Origin: a virus
Virus record (IMG/VR): IMGVR_UViG_3300038944_000010
Length of the DNA stretch: 64,000 nucleotides
Reading direction: 5' to 3' (one strand)
Positions 35,127 through 45,600 of the stretch are shown piece after piece. Each line of letters starts with the position of its first letter. Position 1 is the first letter of the stretch. The position numbers and the translations under genes were made by a program. A model generated the notes under the pieces. It worked only from the letters and a program-made list of their open reading frames with translations. It was not told where the DNA came from and ran no database searches.

Positions 35127-35828
35127 ATGGCCAGTCGTCAAGAGGTCACAGCGTTTATCGTCGATGCCATTTCCGGAATCATTCCGGGCGACACTTACAA
35201 TGCTGACCTGACCAAGCAGCGCCTGGATGCCATGTCGGATACCGAATTCGATGAGTACATCCGTTCTCTGGCAAAGCCTGAGACCGAAGAAGGTCGTGCC
35301 ACGCAGGAAATCCTGCCCTTCTACTCACCCAACCTCAAAGACCCACGGATCACCATGGATTCCTTGATGGCGGTTGCAGAGAAGATTGGCCATCCTTTCT
35401 TTGAACGGCTGTGGCTCACCGATCCGCAGACAGGTGTTGTGTTCCTGACACCGCAAAAATACTTGGTGCTTGACATGACCGTGCGTCGTCAGGCACAGAT
35501 GCTCACCAAGAAGTCCTCCATTCCAGAGAATGCTCGCCACGTTGATGAGATGTCCGGGCAGGTCACTGGGAAGTCGAAAGGTTCTAAAATCTCCTTCCCT
35601 GAACTCCAGTCCCAATTGGCACAGGGCTTGGAACAGACACTGATCGAGGAAATCAAGGTACGCGGCGGTTCACGTCAAGCGCAGGTCGAGTTTGACAGGC
35701 AGCTGATCGAGACCGGTGAGGCCAGTTTGGAAGAAGTCACCGAAGGCGGTGAACTCACCAACTCCACCACCACTGTTGCTACGCTCTACCGTGGCATGAT
35801 GATTGACAACAACTTGGACGAGGTCTGA
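35127..35828 (+). CDS. virion RNA polymerase beta subunit, C-terminal fragment (phiKZ gp149-like)
   Basis: DEMSGQVTGKSKGSKISFPELQSQLAQGLEQTLIEEIKVRGG aligns by eye with the RpoB C-terminal [20 protein letters not shown]...TLQEMLTVKSD region. Confidence 0.75.
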   Translation: MASRQEVTAFIVDAISGIIPGDTYNADLTKQRLDAMSDTEFDEYIRSLAKPETEEGRATQEILPFYSPNLKDPRITMDSLMAVAEKIGHPFFERLWLTDPQTGVVFLTPQKYLVLDMTVRRQAQMLTKKSSIPENARHVDEMSGQVTGKSKGSKISFPELQSQLAQGLEQTLIEEIKVRGGSRQAQVEFDRQLIETGEASLEEVTEGGELTNSTTTVATLYRGMMIDNNLDEV

Positions 35829-35831
35829 TTC

Positions 35832-36374
35832 ATGACAATGGCCGATACCGATAAGCGCATCCTCGATGGCCTGAGTGAGTCTGTCGCCCGCTGGACCAAT
35901 CTGTTCTTCAGCGACGAGATCATTCAGGTGCTTGGGATCAAGACCCACTTCATACAGAACGACCTGCCTGAACTTCGCAGGTTGCGCTGGTTCGGTCTGC
36001 ATGACACCGCTGCATTGGAAAAGCTCTGGAAGCGATTCGTTGAGAATGGCGACTTGGAAGGCGAAGAACGCCAGTCCATGTTCGACTTCTACATGAACGG
36101 CGCGACTTTCATGTGGATGAACAACCCGGTTCCATCGGGGCATTACGACAGCTTCATCAGCCATCTGGCGACCACGCTTTCGTGGGTCAAACGAGCGCCT
36201 GCAGTGCCCACGGACACCCGTGAACACGTGGGTAGCTACGATGAGATGAAGGCCGTCCTCAAGGACAACCATTGGGTGATCTTCATGGTCGTGTTGTCGA
36301 TGACCTTGTCGAACAGTAATCTTTTCAGCGATACATTATCAAAGGGAGTACCCAATGCAGGCCAGCGCGTATAA
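35832..36374 (+). CDS. hypothetical protein
   Basis: 180-aa ORF in a tight operon. Confidence 0.7.
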   Translation: MTMADTDKRILDGLSESVARWTNLFFSDEIIQVLGIKTHFIQNDLPELRRLRWFGLHDTAALEKLWKRFVENGDLEGEERQSMFDFYMNGATFMWMNNPVPSGHYDSFISHLATTLSWVKRAPAVPTDTREHVGSYDEMKAVLKDNHWVIFMVVLSMTLSNSNLFSDTLSKGVPNAGQRV

Positions 36375-37167
36375 CCTACTGCTGGACATTGACTGCCTGT
36401 TTGATACCCGCATGGGCACGCTGATTGATCTTGATCCTGAGATCGCAACGACCCTGTCGAGTACCGCATACCGCGAACGCCTTCTGGATGATTTCACTGC
36501 CTTGACTGGCGGTCGGATTACCACGGAGGCGTTCAATGCGCGTTATGCCAAACGTGATTATCATGTCCTGACCAAGAGCATCATCACAGGCATCGTACCG
36601 GTGTTGATCACATACGTCGAGAGTCTGAAGGAGCGCCTGTTCCGTGGGGTGGATGTGCAGTCGATTAATATCGACCTGAACCTGCATCCGTATGTCTTGC
36701 CAGGCCCGATCACCGAGACGATCCGTAACTGCATCATGGCCTTGTTCCCACCGTTCGTCTCAGTCGGTGTTGGATCATATCCACTTGCGACCCTCAAACC
36801 CAAGTTCTTCGAAACCTACTACAACGGCTGGGTCACCTACGACCTGAACGCGTGGTTGGCGCTGCATTCTGAAGAGCTGCTGGTTCACCCGCAAAACGGG
36901 CTGACAACCATAGTCCCCAAGCTCTTTGTAAGAGAGCCTGGGGAGTTTGAACCAGAGGACAATGAGGTATTGAAGGAGGCCGATAAGCACGGAATCTTCG
37001 AGATGGTGATGGAAGACTTCCTTCACCTGGAGCACCTTCCGGTGTCTGACTTCTGTTACGTGGTGCCGGGCGAGTACCGCCTCCCTGAACCTCAGTCTTC
37101 TTCGGAATCGTCGTCTTCCAACCGTGCCCGTTCGGCGGCTTCGACCGAGGAAACGAAGTCGTCGTAA
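36355..37167 (+). CDS. hypothetical protein (N-terminal LLDIDCL, HAD-like DxD)
   Basis: 270-aa ORF with GGAG SD; HAD-like assignment is weak. Confidence 0.7.
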   Translation: MQASAYNLLLDIDCLFDTRMGTLIDLDPEIATTLSSTAYRERLLDDFTALTGGRITTEAFNARYAKRDYHVLTKSIITGIVPVLITYVESLKERLFRGVDVQSINIDLNLHPYVLPGPITETIRNCIMALFPPFVSVGVGSYPLATLKPKFFETYYNGWVTYDLNAWLALHSEELLVHPQNGLTTIVPKLFVREPGEFEPEDNEVLKEADKHGIFEMVMEDFLHLEHLPVSDFCYVVPGEYRLPEPQSSSESSSSNRARSAASTEETKSS

Positions 37168-37622
37168 TTGACTGGCTGCGTGCCTTGCGTCGTGACATCT
37201 GGGACCAGTGGTGCCGCTGGCAATGCCGGAGTCTCGCGACGAGTGGTTGGGGGTGGCGTAGAACCTGAGGTCAGGTCTACGGCGAACGGGTTCTTGCCAC
37301 CCAGCATGCGCAGGAGCTCGTTCTGTGCCTGAGCCAGACGTTCCGATTCGTTGACCTGGCGCTCGTCCACATCGATCTTCCGAGTGGTGAGTGCCGCCTG
37401 GTCCATATCACGCAACACCTGAAGAAGGGTATTGGCATCCTTGTCGACCTTCGGGACGCCACGCTTCAGTTCATTCTTCACCATGGCCACGCGAATACTT
37501 TGCGTGGTCTTGATGATGTCCGAGGGATCAACAGATTCACTGATGATCATCGGCGCATCACCGAGGTATTCATCATCAGCGACCGGCATTAATTCGCCGT
37601 CAAGTGGGTTAATAGCAGACAT
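37092..37622 (-). CDS. hypothetical protein (176 aa)
   Basis: Likely start MSAINP at 37622 with GGAG SD; 3' end overlaps the convergent gene. Confidence 0.65.
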   Translation of the reverse strand: MSAINPLDGELMPVADDEYLGDAPMIISESVDPSDIIKTTQSIRVAMVKNELKRGVPKVDKDANTLLQVLRDMDQAALTTRKIDVDERQVNESERLAQAQNELLRMLGGKNPFAVDLTSGSTPPPTTRRETPALPAAPLVPDVTTQGTQPVNYDDFVSSVEAAERARLEDDDSEED

Positions 37623-37688
37623 CGCGTACATCTCCGAAAAAGTTAGTCGCTCATAGGATTGAGTGGAGCGGCTATGCTGGGGCACACC

Positions 37689-38168
37689 ATGCTGAAAAAG
37701 ATATTCAACTGGGGCAAGCAAAAAGAGCCTGATCCGCCCAAAGGCACGACCATTTATGACACACTCAAACTGCAAATAGGAGAACTAGATGAACTGAACA
37801 AACAGCGGTTTTCACCTGCAAAAGCCCGTACGGTAAAACTGACCACCGCCTCATCAGGATTGGAGGAGTTGGCAGACCTTATCATCGAGGCTTCAGTGTT
37901 TATCAGCAAGCAAGCCTACCTGCCCGAAAAGTGGAAGCTTCGGCCTGTCTTGTACGTTGAACGGACACTGGAAGAATACTTAGCTGACGGCGATGAGATC
38001 AGTCACCCATTGGACTGGCTCACCGAACACCGTCATTACATCCTCAAACTCGCTAAAGCCTTCCAAGCCTTGGACCCGGCTGACAGTGAGTATTACCAAC
38101 GTAAATGCAACTTCGTCGTCGAAGACATTCTCGAACTGTTTAAAGCCAGCCGAGTCTGCCTGAGATAA
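37689..38168 (+). CDS. hypothetical protein
   Basis: ATG 37689 (MLKKIFNW...). Confidence 0.65.
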   Translation: MLKKIFNWGKQKEPDPPKGTTIYDTLKLQIGELDELNKQRFSPAKARTVKLTTASSGLEELADLIIEASVFISKQAYLPEKWKLRPVLYVERTLEEYLADGDEISHPLDWLTEHRHYILKLAKAFQALDPADSEYYQRKCNFVVEDILELFKASRVCLR

Positions 38169-38188
38169 TCACCTAGGAATCCCAACCC

Positions 38189-38812
38189 ATGAGCAAAGAA
38201 CAACGTCGGATGATGGATGACAAAGAGAAGCTTCTTAAGGAAGCGGCTAATCCATTGACCTATCTGTTCCGGAAGGTTCTGCTGGAACTTGGTGTCGAAG
38301 CCAAACCCTGGAACCGCCGTCTCACCGCGTTTCTTTCCAGCCCGCTGTCCCGTGTTCCGAAGAACGCTAAGGACATTGGTCAGGAACGTAATAACTTCAA
38401 CCGAGCGATTGCCAAGAAAGAAATCACGTTCAAGACCTTTCAGAAGGCTGTGCAGATTCTGGGCCCCCAGCGCTATTCTATGAGCATTACGATGATCATG
38501 CGTGATGGCAGGGAAGTCAAGATTGCCACTGAGATGTTCAAGAACCCGTACTCTGCCATTGATGATTTGGCTGCGGCCATTCACGGCAAGGGCTTGAGTC
38601 CGGATGCTGACATCGCCGATTACACCGAAGATGACGACGACTCTGTCACCGATGAAGCGGTGGAAGAGATGATCCAACAGATTGAGTCAGACGATCGATT
38701 CAACCCGGTGGACATTCGCCAACCCCTCAAGCGTCCTGATCCGGACAAGCGTTCTCGTCTGAGCCGCTTGTTCAATAAAGACGTCTCCCCTGACAACAGT
38801 GATAACGACTGA
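38189..38812 (+). CDS. hypothetical protein
   Basis: 207 aa; basic N-terminal half, acidic C-terminal half. Confidence 0.7.
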   Translation: MSKEQRRMMDDKEKLLKEAANPLTYLFRKVLLELGVEAKPWNRRLTAFLSSPLSRVPKNAKDIGQERNNFNRAIAKKEITFKTFQKAVQILGPQRYSMSITMIMRDGREVKIATEMFKNPYSAIDDLAAAIHGKGLSPDADIADYTEDDDDSVTDEAVEEMIQQIESDDRFNPVDIRQPLKRPDPDKRSRLSRLFNKDVSPDNSDND

Positions 38813-38862
38813 TGCAGACCATCCAGAGTTGTCCACCCCGTTCTAACAGGAACCTTGCCACC

Positions 38863-39432
38863 ATGTCCAATGACGCCCCCAAGGCTACGGCCTCCCCGAT
38901 GATCAATCCCGACGAAGACGGTAAGACTCATGTCAATGTCTACTCCCGTGGCGCTACGTCACTGGGACGTGCCCTGAGCAATCTGTCGGAGTGCAACATC
39001 GAGCACCCTTACTTCGGTCACTTCCGCACCCTGGAAGGCCTCTGGTTCTACATGAAGACCGGCTTTCGCGAAGACTCTTTCCGCATCATCAAGGGCGTGG
39101 CTGCCCGCGAGCTGGGTAAGAAGTTGCCGACCGCACATTACCCACTGTTCAGCAAGATGTTCAAGCTGGGCATGCTGGAGAAGCTGGAAAAGAACCCTGC
39201 CCTGCAACGTGATCTGCTGAACAATGAACTGCCCTTGGCGCACTACTACCTGTACGGTACCAAGATCATGATGCAGGACCGCCACCAGTGGCAGCTCGAT
39301 TATTGGATGCTGTTGCGCACGGCGCTGAAGAACACCGGTTCGCTCGAGGTGATCCGCACTGAACTCACCGAGGACATCAAGTACCACTTGAACAACCTCA
39401 ACAGTGCCGACCCTGAGAACGAATCCAAGTAA
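38863..39432 (+). CDS. NADAR/T4 gp30.3-like protein (tentative)
   Basis: LGRALSNL...HFRTLEGLWFYMK...ARELGKK...KLEKNPALQRDLL resembles the NADAR motif order. Confidence 0.5.
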   Translation: MSNDAPKATASPMINPDEDGKTHVNVYSRGATSLGRALSNLSECNIEHPYFGHFRTLEGLWFYMKTGFREDSFRIIKGVAARELGKKLPTAHYPLFSKMFKLGMLEKLEKNPALQRDLLNNELPLAHYYLYGTKIMMQDRHQWQLDYWMLLRTALKNTGSLEVIRTELTEDIKYHLNNLNSADPENESK

Positions 39433-39444
39433 CTCTCGGTGATC

Positions 39445-39490
39445 GCATGGAGGACTTCGGTCCTCCATGACTCACACTTTCTTTTTTCTT
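39445..39490 (+). terminator. terminator hairpin
   Basis: CATGGAGGAC-TTCG-GTCCTCCATG followed by a T-rich tract. Confidence 0.65.
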
Positions 39491-39504
39491 TGTTGGGGTC
39501 TGTC

Positions 39505-40509
39505 ATGTCCTTGATCTCTGTTCCGTTGTTTCGTTCGAACAACACCGAAAAGCTTGAAGTGGCAGATGCCTACGACATTACAAGCACCCGGCCGATTAAC
39601 AAAGTCTACGAAGCCTCCAAAGGCGTGGCAGGCAAGCTCTATGATCAAGCCGGTGGTGCTCGCGGCCTGTCCCAAGGCATCGTTAACCTGATCGAGCTGA
39701 AGACCGCTGGCGCCAATGGCAAGCAGTTGCTGGAGCGTGGTCTGGGGATGTTCAACACCAGTACGGTGGGCATCCTTAGAACGCTAGGCGAAGGTGTCCT
39801 GGATAAGGCAGCCGCCTTCGTAGGCATGGACCCGGCCATGGTAAGTCGGGTCAAGTCAGTTGGGGAGTCCGTGGCCCGTCAGGTGCAGTACGGTGATCCG
39901 TCTGACATCTCAGGCTACGGTAACCTACTAGGTGTGATGGGCGACCTGACCGGTAACCCGGAGTTCAGTCGGTATATCAACATCGGGATGGAAGCGGCGG
40001 TCTGGGGTGCGGCATTATCCCAAGCCACCGAGTACGGCGCGCATCACTACTACGGGGATGTCAAGCAATACATCGACCCTGAGGTCTACCGTCAAGCGGT
40101 GATCTACAGCCTGCCCGTGGTAGCCAGCTCAGGGTCCCTAGAAGCGCTTCAGAGCGTCATAGCCGAGCTTGGTGCGGAAACGGCCATCAACCATAAGCCC
40201 GACATGATAAAGGTCTTCCTGAGCCGCTTTAAGCTGCCTAGCGAGGAGCCCTTGGATAAAGTGGCTTACGCGGTTGAAGTGGTCGACACGTTGAACCAAC
40301 TGAACCCGCGCTGGTATCTGTATCGTCGTGGGGACACGGACATCATGGATGTGTCTTCGCTGTCCAGTGCCTCCGAGGCCGCTGTGACGCTTTTGGCCAA
40401 CCATGAGGTGATTGGTCCGCTGATTCAAGTGGCACCGCCCTTCCCGGAAGTCACGGTCGAAGAAGTGCTACGGGAGCAATTCCCGCTGATGGTCAGTACA
40501 TTGGCATGA
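39505..40509 (+). CDS. putative virion structural protein
   Basis: ATG 39505 (MSLISVPLF...); lies beside tail genes. Confidence 0.65.
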   Translation: MSLISVPLFRSNNTEKLEVADAYDITSTRPINKVYEASKGVAGKLYDQAGGARGLSQGIVNLIELKTAGANGKQLLERGLGMFNTSTVGILRTLGEGVLDKAAAFVGMDPAMVSRVKSVGESVARQVQYGDPSDISGYGNLLGVMGDLTGNPEFSRYINIGMEAAVWGAALSQATEYGAHHYYGDVKQYIDPEVYRQAVIYSLPVVASSGSLEALQSVIAELGAETAINHKPDMIKVFLSRFKLPSEEPLDKVAYAVEVVDTLNQLNPRWYLYRRGDTDIMDVSSLSSASEAAVTLLANHEVIGPLIQVAPPFPEVTVEEVLREQFPLMVSTLA

Positions 40510-40510
40510 C

Positions 40511-40549
40511 GCATAAGAGCCCAGGGCAACTGCCCTGGGCTCTATGTCG
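40511..40549. terminator. bidirectional hairpin (CATA...TATG family)
   Basis: GCATA-AGAGCCCAGGGCA-AC-TGCCCTGGGCTCT-ATGTCG between convergent genes. Confidence 0.7.
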
Positions 40550-40553
40550 TTTA

Positions 40554-42632
40554 TCACTGACGACCGGTCGCATGAGCGATGGCTTTAGCGCCTTCACCCA
40601 AGACACCCGACATCGCCCACATCGAAGCCCGTGCAGGAGAGGTTGCATCGTCGAACTTCGCTTGTTGACGCGCCAGACGCACAGCCCACTTACGCAGGCT
40701 GTTGATTTCAGCTTCCAAGGGCAACCCGGCCAGAATCGCCAAGTAGTCCGTGTAGTTGTTATCATCGTCGTAGGTCGAGCCCAGCATCAACGAGGCGGCA
40801 TCACGTCCCAGGCCTGCCACGTCGACATCGCTGTCGGTGAGGAAGCCCACGCCTTTACCCAACCCGTAACCGGCCGCTTGAATCACCCGGTCCGAGAACT
40901 CGAACGCTGGGTTAATCGGCATGTTGATGGCATTGGACAGATCCAACAACCCCAACTGAATGTCCACCCCCAGGAAACCACCGGTGTTGTTCCAGCCGAC
41001 ATCGCCGACACCACGGGTGATGGTCAACGAGTCCACGATCGCCAACCGGGAGTGCGCACGTCCTTGCGCGAAGTACTCGATCAGGAACGGGGCGGTGTGC
41101 GATTGTTTACCCGTAGCCAGCGGGACTGACATGGCAAAGATGGCGCACATCGGCAGGATCAGGTTCTGCAACCGCGAGATGGGATCGCCATACGGAGACC
41201 GCAGCGGGATGTTCAAAGACAGCTTGTTGAAGTCGCAGCTGGAACTATCCCACACCTTGGGAATGTCCACGTATGCCGAACCTGCCAGCTGAGCCAGTCC
41301 TTGGATGCCCAGACCTTGAGAGACCCCGGCCGCGAAGTCCTTCAATGCGCCGAAAGCGGCATCCGCTACACCGCCACCGTCAATGTTACCGTCAAACATC
41401 GTGAAGCGTGTTTCACGGGCGCTGGCCGAGATCTGGTTGATCTGCTGACCAATCGAGGCTTCTTTGGTGGAGTTGTTGAACGACTCCCCTTGAGTCCCGG
41501 TATAGTCGACCCGCAGGCTTAAGAATTCCGAACCCATTCTGGCCTCAGACATGAACGCCGCTTCCAGCTCAGCCATTACGCCGTCGTTCATCCGGGTTTC
41601 TTTCTCCAGGGTGTCGCGGTTCTTCTGCCCGTCTTCAAGCGACATCTTGCCGAGCATCTCGTTGTCACGCCACAGCTGAGTGTAGGCTTCCAAGGTGGCA
41701 TTGGTATTGTTGCGCACGTTGTCGAACACCGCACCCAAGTCATCACCATACAGACGACGCTTAAAGGCTGCTTGGATCTGCTCTTTACTGCTCATGTTGG
41801 CCAGTTCATTGTTGAGCAGTTCATGACGGTTGTTGACCAACCGCTGACCACGTTGGGCGATGGCGAATACGTCCAGCCCACCGTCTTTACGGTAGATGCT
41901 TGGAATCAGTCGGGCGTACTCTTCCACATCCCGTTGGTCGATGCCGTTCTCTTTGCTGTGCAGGGGTTTGGCCCCTTCGTAGATCGGCCGAGGAATGACC
42001 CCCATGTTGGCCGCTACACCGTTGACCATGGCCGAGACGGCCGTCCAGTACGGCAGCATCGACGGCTTTAGGTAATAGTACTTACTGGCCGGCCGACGGA
42101 AGAAGAAACGAATGACCTTACCGGCAAGCACGAATGGCATCAGTGGGATGGTGGCAATCGAACCCAGTGTCCATCCCAGCGTATAGAAGAAGCCCGGTGC
42201 GCGTCCGGCACGGGCCATACTGGCCGCTGGAATGGAGTAATAGTTGGAGTAGAACGATGACATGCTGTTGAAGGTGGGGAACCCCATGCGAAAGTGCACG
42301 ACCTGCATGTTGTCATCGAGCTTCTCACTGTAGACCCGCCCCATGCCGTTTGACGACGTGGAGTTGGTTTCATTGCTGCGTGAGACCTTAGGGATCAGGG
42401 TCGTGTTGCCCCGTCCGTGTTTACTGGAGAAGACATTGTGCTTCAGGTCAGCATAACGGGTGAACTGCGGCATCGGGTTGATAACGAAGTTACCCCCAAG
42501 TGTCGTATCGCTGGCTTTTTGCATCGACGTCGAATAGATGCGGTTGATCACCGCTTCATTACCACCGATGATGGCATCCGATGGCAACAAGAATGCCGAC
42601 TTCACCCAGCTGTCATCTAAGATGTTATCCAT
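40554..42632 (-). CDS. virion tail/baseplate structural protein (phiKZ gp182-like by synteny)
   Basis: 692 aa; immediately downstream of the large tail lysin gene. Confidence 0.7.
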   Translation of the reverse strand: MDNILDDSWVKSAFLLPSDAIIGGNEAVINRIYSTSMQKASDTTLGGNFVINPMPQFTRYADLKHNVFSSKHGRGNTTLIPKVSRSNETNSTSSNGMGRVYSEKLDDNMQVVHFRMGFPTFNSMSSFYSNYYSIPAASMARAGRAPGFFYTLGWTLGSIATIPLMPFVLAGKVIRFFFRRPASKYYYLKPSMLPYWTAVSAMVNGVAANMGVIPRPIYEGAKPLHSKENGIDQRDVEEYARLIPSIYRKDGGLDVFAIAQRGQRLVNNRHELLNNELANMSSKEQIQAAFKRRLYGDDLGAVFDNVRNNTNATLEAYTQLWRDNEMLGKMSLEDGQKNRDTLEKETRMNDGVMAELEAAFMSEARMGSEFLSLRVDYTGTQGESFNNSTKEASIGQQINQISASARETRFTMFDGNIDGGGVADAAFGALKDFAAGVSQGLGIQGLAQLAGSAYVDIPKVWDSSSCDFNKLSLNIPLRSPYGDPISRLQNLILPMCAIFAMSVPLATGKQSHTAPFLIEYFAQGRAHSRLAIVDSLTITRGVGDVGWNNTGGFLGVDIQLGLLDLSNAINMPINPAFEFSDRVIQAAGYGLGKGVGFLTDSDVDVAGLGRDAASLMLGSTYDDDNNYTDYLAILAGLPLEAEINSLRKWAVRLARQQAKFDDATSPARASMWAMSGVLGEGAKAIAHATGRQ

Positions 42633-42653
42633 TGTTCATAACCTCTGATAACG

Positions 42654-42686
42654 AAAAATAGGGGTGAGGGGTTTCCCCCTCACACC
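42654..42686 (-). terminator. intrinsic terminator after the large tail protein gene
   Basis: GTGAGGGG/CCCCTCAC hairpin with TATTTTT following on the minus strand. Confidence 0.6.
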
Positions 42687-42692
42687 GTAGAG

Positions 42693-45600
42693 TTACACTC
42701 GAGCGACCGAGACCGTACCCCGCGTTGCTGCTTTGGGAGTGTTGATCTGTGGAGACTGGGTAGTGGTCTTGCCAGCTTGGGCAACGAGCGCTTGCTCCTT
42801 GCTTACTTTGGGCAATGCACCCCCTTGCTTGATCAGGTTCACCAAGGTGATCAGCTGTTCAAGTTGCGACTCGTTTACCCCAACGAGCCGTTCAAGGTTG
42901 CCTTCTACGCCACCATTGGTGTTCGCAGCGGCGAGGGCTCTGCTCGAGCTTTGGACTTCGGCCGTTTGGGCCGCAACGCGCAGACCAGCAGTACTGTTCT
43001 GGGTTTGACGGGCATCTGCACGGGCTGTCAGGTCACTGACGTCAGCGCTTGGCGAAGCTTCTGCCACACTATTGGTCGGACTAACAGCCGAAGCTGTCGG
43101 TTTAACCATCGAGGGCATGGTGCCATCTGCCAGCTCGAATCCGGGTGATGCTGGTGCACTGGCCACGGACTCAGCCGCGTTACCGCCTTCACCACCTTCG
43201 GCCACCGCGGTAGCCGCGCCGCCTTTGAGGGTTTGAGCGATTTGTGCAGCGTCTGACTTACGATGCTTCTTCAGTTTGTCGTCGAAGTCCTTATACACAG
43301 CAGCCACCGTGCGTGGCCTGCCGGACCGATCGTAGAAGATCGCCGGGTTAGCGCGGGCTTGATCGGCGCCCACATGGTTGATGGCCGGATCGCCTGGCGG
43401 TGCCGAGAGGAACCGGCGTGCCCCACCTGGGCCGAGGAAGTGGGCCAGGTACACATCCGTATCGGCTACGTTCGACTTGACCTTGTTGATCACGCCGATG
43501 TTTTCCCGGATGTACTCAAGGCCCAACAGGGCGTTAGCCCGCGGGTCGTGTTGCGTGGTGTTCGGGTTGATGCCGTACTTGCCTGCGTACTTGGCCATCA
43601 GGGATTTCCATGTCCCTTTAATGACTTGGTAGTAACTGGCTGCCGACGAGAGGACGCCGGCCGACGGGTTCTTCGGATTGCGATACGGAATGGCGTTGGG
43701 ACGGAAGCCTGATTCAACACCGGCGATACTGGCTGCCAATGCCGGATCAATCCCCACCATGTTCGCCGCCGCCATCAAGGTTTCCCGGTTGGCCTCCCAG
43801 CCATCGCCTTTCGGCATCGGGACATCATTGATGTTACCGCCCGAACCACCGCCTGGATGCTGCACCGGTGTCCCGGTAGGCATCGTCGCTGGACCGACTG
43901 CGGTGGACTGGCCTTGGTTGTTGACAGCCCCCTGTTGAGGCGCCTTCTTGTCACCGAACCCGAGACTTTCCTTAATCCCAGACCAGAAGCTCGACAGCGC
44001 ACCTTCTTCTTTCGCCCCAGTGTTACCTGAACCTGCCTGAGCCGGATCAGTACCCTTAGCCGAAGCCGGGACGTTGACCTGCGTGGGATCTTGCTCCAGC
44101 AGCTCACCGTTCGGTCCACGCACTCGACCACTGCTGGCCGTTTGAGGTTCCGTGAGGGTCTTGTCCTTGACCTTGAGCGAGAGGTTGTACAGCGCGTCAT
44201 TAACGCTCGCCACTTCATCATTGAGGTAGTAGCCTTTCCAAGGCGTTTGCTCAATGTCCCACACCGAGATACCCGAGGCGTCTTTGGCGTTGGCCGTTTC
44301 ACGCAGCACTTCAAGCAACTGCTGAGGTTTCAGACGCCGTGCCGCTTCCGCTGCATCGATGTTCGCCCGTGCCCGAACCGAGGAGCAGAACGCCAGGAAC
44401 GTCGGCAGGAAGCGCCGATAGAACCAGACGTAGACCTCTTCCGCTTCCTTACCGATCGGGGAGAAGATGCGCTCTGCTTCAGCGTACGCTTCGGCAGGGG
44501 ATTTAAGCGCGGCCTGTCGGTTCTGGTCATACTGCACCATCGGCCAACAGAACGCTTCCAACTGCGACAACTGAGCAACCTTCGCTTCAGCCATTTCAGT
44601 CAGACCGTACGTGCGATAACGCACCGGTTTCCCGTCATCCAACTCCGTGTCACGACTGGCAATCCGCGCCGAGGTCGCCACAACAGCCGCTGCCATGGTG
44701 CCACCGCCCGCCGCCGCAGCGATAGGTGCCATGACCTGAGCCCCCGTGGTCTTGCTGCCCGTATTAAGGGCTGCGGTTCCACCTGAAGCGCCGGTCAGGC
44801 CGCCTTGTGTCCCTGCTTTAGCAGTGCCGCCCGATTTCGCAAGTGCAGCTCCTGCAGCAGCGGTTCCAGTGGCCGCGGCTGCGGCAGCACCATTGTCATG
44901 ACCCGAATGATCCTTAGGCTTGCCTTCGGCCTTCGACTCTTTCTCCATGGCCTTCTGGATTTCCTTGCGCACATCGTCGACAGTGTCTTCAACATCGCCG
45001 GCATCCATTTCCAGCTCACCGTCTTCCAGCGGACCGACCATGTCCGCAAACACCTCAGGGCGTTCCTTAAGCGCAACCTTGCTGACAAACTCCAGGGCCG
45101 CTTTGCCGGTTACCTTGCCATCGATCTGAGTCAGATCCAGCGACTTGGTCAGCACGTAGTAGTTTGAGACATGAGCCAGATAGACCGCCGCGAAGCGGTT
45201 TCTCAGGAAGTTCATGGCGCGCTCTACATGCGGCTTTCCACTTTCATCACTGATGTTAAGCTTCAGTATCCCAGCCACGGCTTCAAACGGAACCGACTGT
45301 GAGTCAATCTTAGCCTTGCCTTCAGAATCGACAGAGGTGTACTTGGCAAACAGCTTCTCGAGTTCCAACATGGTGGTGACGTCGGTGCTCTCCGGTTTAG
45401 GATTGACACCGTATTGCACCATGCGTAGCCGGGTCAAAGGTGGGAGTTTGTCGCGTGTGGCACTGTAGACATACGCACCAACGGCAATCGCGGTTCCGGC
45501 CACTGCGATCCCCGCCAGTACCGGAGCACTGACCAGCCCTGCAGCACCCATGACTGCACCCAACGCAATGCGTCCGGCGGTGCCTGCCACCATCCGCGTT

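Noticed and set aside
37092..37167. 76-nt convergent 3' overlap of two genes
   Set aside because: The overlap encodes only low-complexity tails; probably stop-codon drift rather than function.
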